A stretch of DNA of 64,000 nt from assembly GCA_963805975.1 (NCBI GenBank), contig CAWDVR010000003.1, positions 192,001-256,000 on the forward strand, written 5' to 3'. A model generated the notes under the pieces. The model was not told the origin of the DNA and ran no database searches. It saw nothing but the letters and a program-made list of their open reading frames with translations. A program made the position numbers and the translations under genes. The DNA comes from an uncultured Acidobacteriota bacterium (GTDB lineage: Bacteria; Acidobacteriota; Thermoanaerobaculia; Multivoradales; SZUA-115). Positions 59,463 through 64,000 of this stretch are shown here, in pieces. Positions within the stretch are counted from its first letter, which is position 1, and each line of letters opens with the position of its first letter.

Positions 59463-61219
59463 AACCTTCCCTGCACGAGGCGCCGCGTCTCGGGGGCGCG
59501 GAGGATCTGTGGCACCTCGAGCGGCCGCAGGCCGGCGATCTGCTCGACCACGTGCTCGGCAGACATCATCGCCCCTTCCTGCCAGCCCGGCAGGGTCGAG
59601 ACCTGGTCGCCCACCACGTAGAAGCGCCCGTCGGGCGACAGCAGCTCGGCGTAGGCCTTGCGGTCGTCCGCGTCGTCCTCCCACTCGGCCCAGCCGCCGC
59701 GCTGGAAGGGCACGTTCTGCCAGGCGATCGAGAGCCCCAGCTCATGGGGCACGACGCCCGGCTCGGCGAACTCCGGATGGAGCTTGAGCGCGCCCTTGCG
59801 CGCCTCGACCAGCCGCTCCTCGAGGCTCATCTTGCCCAGGCGGACGGCGTTGTCGTCGTAGTTGTAGGTACCGGTGAGCGTGCCCTTCGCCGTGAAGTAG
59901 TCGTTCGAGGGGTACCACATCTGGGTGATGAGGTCGTCGATCCAACTGATGCCGCCGTAGATCTGGTTCTTGTCGTCCTCCCAGAACCGCCGGTTGGCCT
60001 GCCAGCCGACCTTGCAGGTGGGAGCGAACTTGCCGTGGGCCACGGCCCAGGCGAAGGGCTCGGAGAAGTTGACGGGGATCTCCTGCAGCACGGGCAGCGG
60101 GATGTTGCTGATGCAGAAGTCGGCGCGCCGGCTGCAGCGCTCGCCGCCGAACTCGTCGCGGAAGAACACCTCGACGCCGTCGTCCGCGAGCTTGATCTCT
60201 TCCACCACCGAGCGGTACTGGACGAGCGAGCCCACCTGCCGCTTGAAGCCCTCGACGATCTGGTCCATGCCGCCCACCGGCTGGAAGAGCGTCGCCTGCC
60301 ACTCGTAGTCCACCGGCTGGTAGAAGCGGTGCTGCCAGAACTGCGACTTCAAGAGCTCGCCGAGCGCGAGCGGCGTCTCCGGCGTGCAAGCCGTGTAGAC
60401 GGTGAGCGGGTGCTCGCAGCCCGCGCGGGTGGAGCCCGCGTAGGCGAAGCAGGCCGGGCACTGGCCGGCGCAGGTGAGGCAGCCGTCGCAGCTCTTGCCG
60501 CAGGTCGCGCAGGCGGTGTGGTCCTCCGAGCACTTCGTGCACGCCTTGCTCTCGCCCAGGTCGCCGAAGACCTTGAGCAGGCAGAGCAGGCGGTCGCGGT
60601 CGCCCTCGTCGAGCTCCTGGTCGAGCGCGCCCTTGCGCACCGCCTTCGCGAGCAGCTCCGCCACGTAGCCGCGGGTGTCGTTGGCGATCTGGCGATTGAT
60701 CTGGCGCTGGCCGCCCCAGGCGTCGCCGGTCTGGAAGAGGTTGGCGGTGGTCTCCATCACGTAGACCTCGAGCGGCACCCCCAGCTCGTGGCAGTAGTGC
60801 AGCACCCGCCGGTGGTGGTAGGGCAGCCGCCCCGGCCCCATGTTGAGGTAGAGCCCGCGGTCGAACTCGCACCGCTGCCGGGTGACGCCGTGCTCCTTGC
60901 TCTGCTCGGTGATCACGCTTCCCTGGCGGGCGGTCAGGCTGCGGCCGCCGGCGCGGTTGTGGGCCTCCAGGATCTCGCACTGGTAGCCGGCGCGGGTGAG
61001 CTCGTAGGCGGCCGTCAGGCCGCCGATGCCGGCGCCCAGGATCAGTACCTTCTGGCCGGCGCCGGAGCCGGCGGCGAGGCGCGGGGTGCCGGCCCAGGCC
61101 CCCGGCAGGTTGATGAGGCCGAGAGCGGTCATGGTCTCGTAGACCGCCGCGGCGCCGCCCGCCCGGCCGACCATCTCGAGGAACTTCCGCCGCGTGGTGC
61201 CGCCTGTCCACTCGCGCAT
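59459..61219 (-). CDS. Tat-exported flavin monoamine/L-amino-acid oxidase family protein with Cys-rich insertion
   Basis: TRRKFL twin-Arg; ILGAGIGGL, LEA..RAGGR, FQPVGGMD, GDQVS..PGWQEGA. Confidence 0.92.
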
Positions 61220-61410
61220 GATCCCCTCCTCGGCAGGCGCGAAGCTTCCCGGGAGGGGAAACGGCGCTCTCGCCGTCGACGTCCACTGAACCGATCGAAT
61301 TTCGGGCAGTGTATCGCGGAAGGGAATGCACGGATCAGGAAAGGTCGCGCCCGGCGACGGGGTCCAGAACCCGGCCGCCGGAAGCGTTTGTAGCGTCGAC
61401 CAACCCGGTG

Positions 61411-61890
61411 CTAGGGCGTGGAGATCAGCTCCACCAACCAGCCACTGCCCGCGCCACCCTCTCCAGCCTTTGCCGCTTGGACCAGCCTCACGGTGCAGTT
61501 GACGTCGGTGATGGGCTCCGAGCTCTCGAGCACCGCACCGGTCTTCGTTCCGTTGTCGGCGTAGAAAGTCACCACCGAACCAGCGGTCCAGGTGAGGGGG
61601 CAGGGGCTGAAGCTCATGGCTGGCAGGTTGTAGCGCTCTCCGGAATTGATCGAGCAGGCACCATTGCGCGCACCCCGTACGCCGTAGAGGACGAGCGCCA
61701 GGCCGGCCAGAACCAGCCCGAAGCAGAAGAGGGTGAGGTTCCCTCGCTGGCCCGTCTCCATCAGGAGGCAGGTCGCCCCGGCCAGCTCCATCAGCGCACC
61801 GGTGATCACGATCCCGGTGGCGATCGGGGGCGGGGGCGGGTGGGTCACACTCCAATCGGCAGGGGTCGAGCTACCGTTTCCAACAGGCAT
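61411..61890 (-). CDS. Hypothetical protein with two TM helices
   Basis: AAGGAGGAG RBS; two hydrophobic segments then a small Cys-containing beta-rich domain. Confidence 0.6.
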   Translation of the reverse strand: MPVGNGSSTPADWSVTHPPPPPIATGIVITGALMELAGATCLLMETGQRGNLTLFCFGLVLAGLALVLYGVRGARNGACSINSGERYNLPAMSFSPCPLTWTAGSVVTFYADNGTKTGAVLESSEPITDVNCTVRLVQAAKAGEGGAGSGWLVELISTP

Positions 61891-62025
61891 GATTTCTCCT
61901 CCTTCGCTTCAGAAAAACGCTGATCGATAAGGGTCAACAGACATCAATCTCCATCACCTGCGTCCGAACCTGCGCCGCCGATGAGGGCATTGTGCCGATT
62001 ACTGTCTCTTGTAACCGCTTCAACG

Positions 62026-63999
62026 TTACCTTGAGACGCCGGTCAGCACGAATCCCGCCCAGTCTTCGGGCCGGACGTGGGCGCCGTCCTGCAAGAGGTC
62101 GAGCTTGGCCTGGCGCAGCGCCTCGGCGGCATCGCCGTTGGCCAGGAGGTGCGAATAGAAACGCTTCATGAGCACCGCCGACGGCACGTCCTGGACGTTC
62201 CAAAGGCTGACCAGCAGGCGGCGGGCGCCGGCGTAGAAGAAGCCTCGCGTCAGTCCGACGAAACCCTCGCCCTTGATCGGCTTGCCGCGCCCCGAGCTGC
62301 AAGCCGAGAGCACTACCAGCTCGGCTTCCAGCTCGAGGTTGAAGATCTCCCCGAGCTGCAGGACCCCGTCCTCCGCCGAGGGCAGCCCCTGAGAGAGCAC
62401 CAGCCCGAAGTGGTCGGGGTCGGTCTCGTCGGTGAAGGCGTGGGCGGCGAAGTGTAGATAGCGGGTGCCTTTGATCTGCGGGTTGGCCTTGACGTTCTCC
62501 TCGCGCGCGTCTCGGCCCAGGTAGACGGAGGTGGGGCGCGGCGCGAACAGCCCGGCGATCGACTCCACCTCGTCGCGCGAGGCCGCGAGCCTGTCCAGCC
62601 GGAAGCGCCCGTCACGGTCGAAGAGGCCGCGCTCCGGGCCTCCGGGAGAGGGGGCGAGGGCCGCGGACGGCGAGGGCACCGGATAGCTGGGATCGCCGAA
62701 GCCCACGAAGACGGGCTGGCCCGGATCGGCAGGCCCCGGTTTCGCGGCCCGCTGTCGCGCGGGTCGGGACGCCTGGCCCGCCAGCACGGTGGCGGACGGG
62801 GCGTAGCTCACCGTCCAGCGCTCGACCAGGTACCGGGGCGAGCCCGCGGCCGTGACCTCCGTGACCAGGGCCTCGAAAGGAAAAGAGAAGAGAACGTCGT
62901 CGGGAACGACGATCAGCCGCTCGACCCGCTCGAGCGCCTCTGTGGCCCGTGCCGGGAGCAGGGACTGATAGAGCTCGCCGGCGAGGATCGCGTACTGCTC
63001 CGGGGCCGTCCGATCGTCGAGCAGAGCGTCGAGCGCCGCCTGCACCCGGCGGCGCAGGTCCCCGGTGCGGCCCAGGTCGTAGGTCTCGAGCCCGCTGCTG
63101 CGCAACAGGAAGAGATACGCGTGCTCCTCGCCCAACGCGTACTCGAGGAGCGCGCTGTCCTTGTCCAAGGCCAGCCGTTTCTCGATCTGCGCCAGGCCGA
63201 GCGGTTCCGGGTACCGGACCTCGGCGTAGCGGGCGTTGCTCTCGCGGATCGCGGAGGCCAGCGCACGCCGTTGCGCTTCGAGCTCGTCCAGGTCCGCTCG
63301 CACCGCCTGCACCTCGGCCCGCGGCGCGCCGGCCCCGCGTTTGCTCAGCCAGAGCGCCTGCGCCCCGGATCGTTGCTGCTCGAGCCGGCGCTCCTGCTCC
63401 TTGAGCTCCGGTGAGACGCCGCTCTCGACGTCGACCTGCGCCTCGGCGAGCAGCCCGAGAAGGCCCCGCGCCCGCGCGCGCTCACTCTCTTCGAGCGCTC
63501 TCGCCCACGCACCCCGGCCCATCAGCAGATCGATGTACTCGTCGAAGTAGCGGCGCAGGAAGGCCACCTGCGTGGCGCGGGTCTCGGGGTCCGGCGCGCT
63601 GCGGTTGGCCGACTCGAACAGATCCAGCGCCCGCCGCATCTCGGCCTCGGCGGCGGCCTTGTTCCCCAGGTCCCGCAGCACGCGTGCCGAGCGCGCCAGG
63701 AGGAAGGCTTCGAGGCCGGGGTCCTGGGCGCGCTCGACCGCGGGCCGGGCCTCGTCGAGGCTCACCCGCGCCGCGCCCAAGTCGCCCGCCAGGCGGAGGG
63801 TCTCCGCCAGCTCGCCGGCCGAGAGGATCTCGCCGGCGGAGTCCTCGAGCGCCTGTCGCTGGCGCATCGCCTCGCGCAGGGTGGCCTGGGCGTCGGCCAG
63901 CTTGCCCTGGTCGCGCTGCGCAACCCCCAGCGCGTGCAGCACGGAAGCCTTGGAGGACGGGCTCGACAACCCTGCCGAGAGATCACGGGCCCTGGTGAA
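62026..63999 (-). CDS. CHAT-domain (caspase-like) TPR protein, 5'-partial
   Basis: TPRs, SERARAR.L, IVPD..L...PFEAL, LHFAAHA (His), VLSACSSG (Cys), SLW.V.D, WAGFVL.G; frame open to the window end. Confidence 0.93.
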   Translation of the reverse strand, partial: FTRARDLSAGLSSPSSKASVLHALGVAQRDQGKLADAQATLREAMRQRQALEDSAGEILSAGELAETLRLAGDLGAARVSLDEARPAVERAQDPGLEAFLLARSARVLRDLGNKAAAEAEMRRALDLFESANRSAPDPETRATQVAFLRRYFDEYIDLLMGRGAWARALEESERARARGLLGLLAEAQVDVESGVSPELKEQERRLEQQRSGAQALWLSKRGAGAPRAEVQAVRADLDELEAQRRALASAIRESNARYAEVRYPEPLGLAQIEKRLALDKDSALLEYALGEEHAYLFLLRSSGLETYDLGRTGDLRRRVQAALDALLDDRTAPEQYAILAGELYQSLLPARATEALERVERLIVVPDDVLFSFPFEALVTEVTAAGSPRYLVERWTVSYAPSATVLAGQASRPARQRAAKPGPADPGQPVFVGFGDPSYPVPSPSAALAPSPGGPERGLFDRDGRFRLDRLAASRDEVESIAGLFAPRPTSVYLGRDAREENVKANPQIKGTRYLHFAAHAFTDETDPDHFGLVLSQGLPSAEDGVLQLGEIFNLELEAELVVLSACSSGRGKPIKGEGFVGLTRGFFYAGARRLLVSLWNVQDVPSAVLMKRFYSHLLANGDAAEALRQAKLDLLQDGAHVRPEDWAGFVLTGVSR

Positions 64000-64000
64000 G

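Overview
GC-rich bacterial chromosomal segment. It most likely comes from Acidobacteriota (probably Thermoanaerobaculia-like), inferred from an ADOP-type permease, a BlaI/M56 pair, HTH/TPR cassettes and a CHAT protein. About 55 genes are supported. These include selA, several large secreted or modular proteins (a three-CxxCH cytochrome-like protein, a clan GH-A-like hydrolase, a Glu-His-Ser subtilase), two intact type II TA pairs plus an internally deleted one, a ~17 kb surface-glycan locus rich in tailoring enzymes, a class A PBP, an ABC-F protein, a Tat-exported flavin amine oxidase and a partial CHAT protein. The two strongest hidden signals are: (1) an AhpD-like selenoprotein (17054-17620, minus), split by the ORF caller at an in-frame UGA in a CxxU motif and followed by a clear SECIS-like hairpin, with selA in the same window; (2) a divergent cassette of a tandem-HTH regulator, a small secreted Cys-loop peptide and two paralogous TPR proteins (21167-24653), resembling an undescribed peptide-signalling system. 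At least three (probably four) small indels split or extend genes and look like long-read errors. No rRNA, tRNA, CRISPR array or IS/integrase was recognised. All family calls come from motif recognition by eye; no database search was run.
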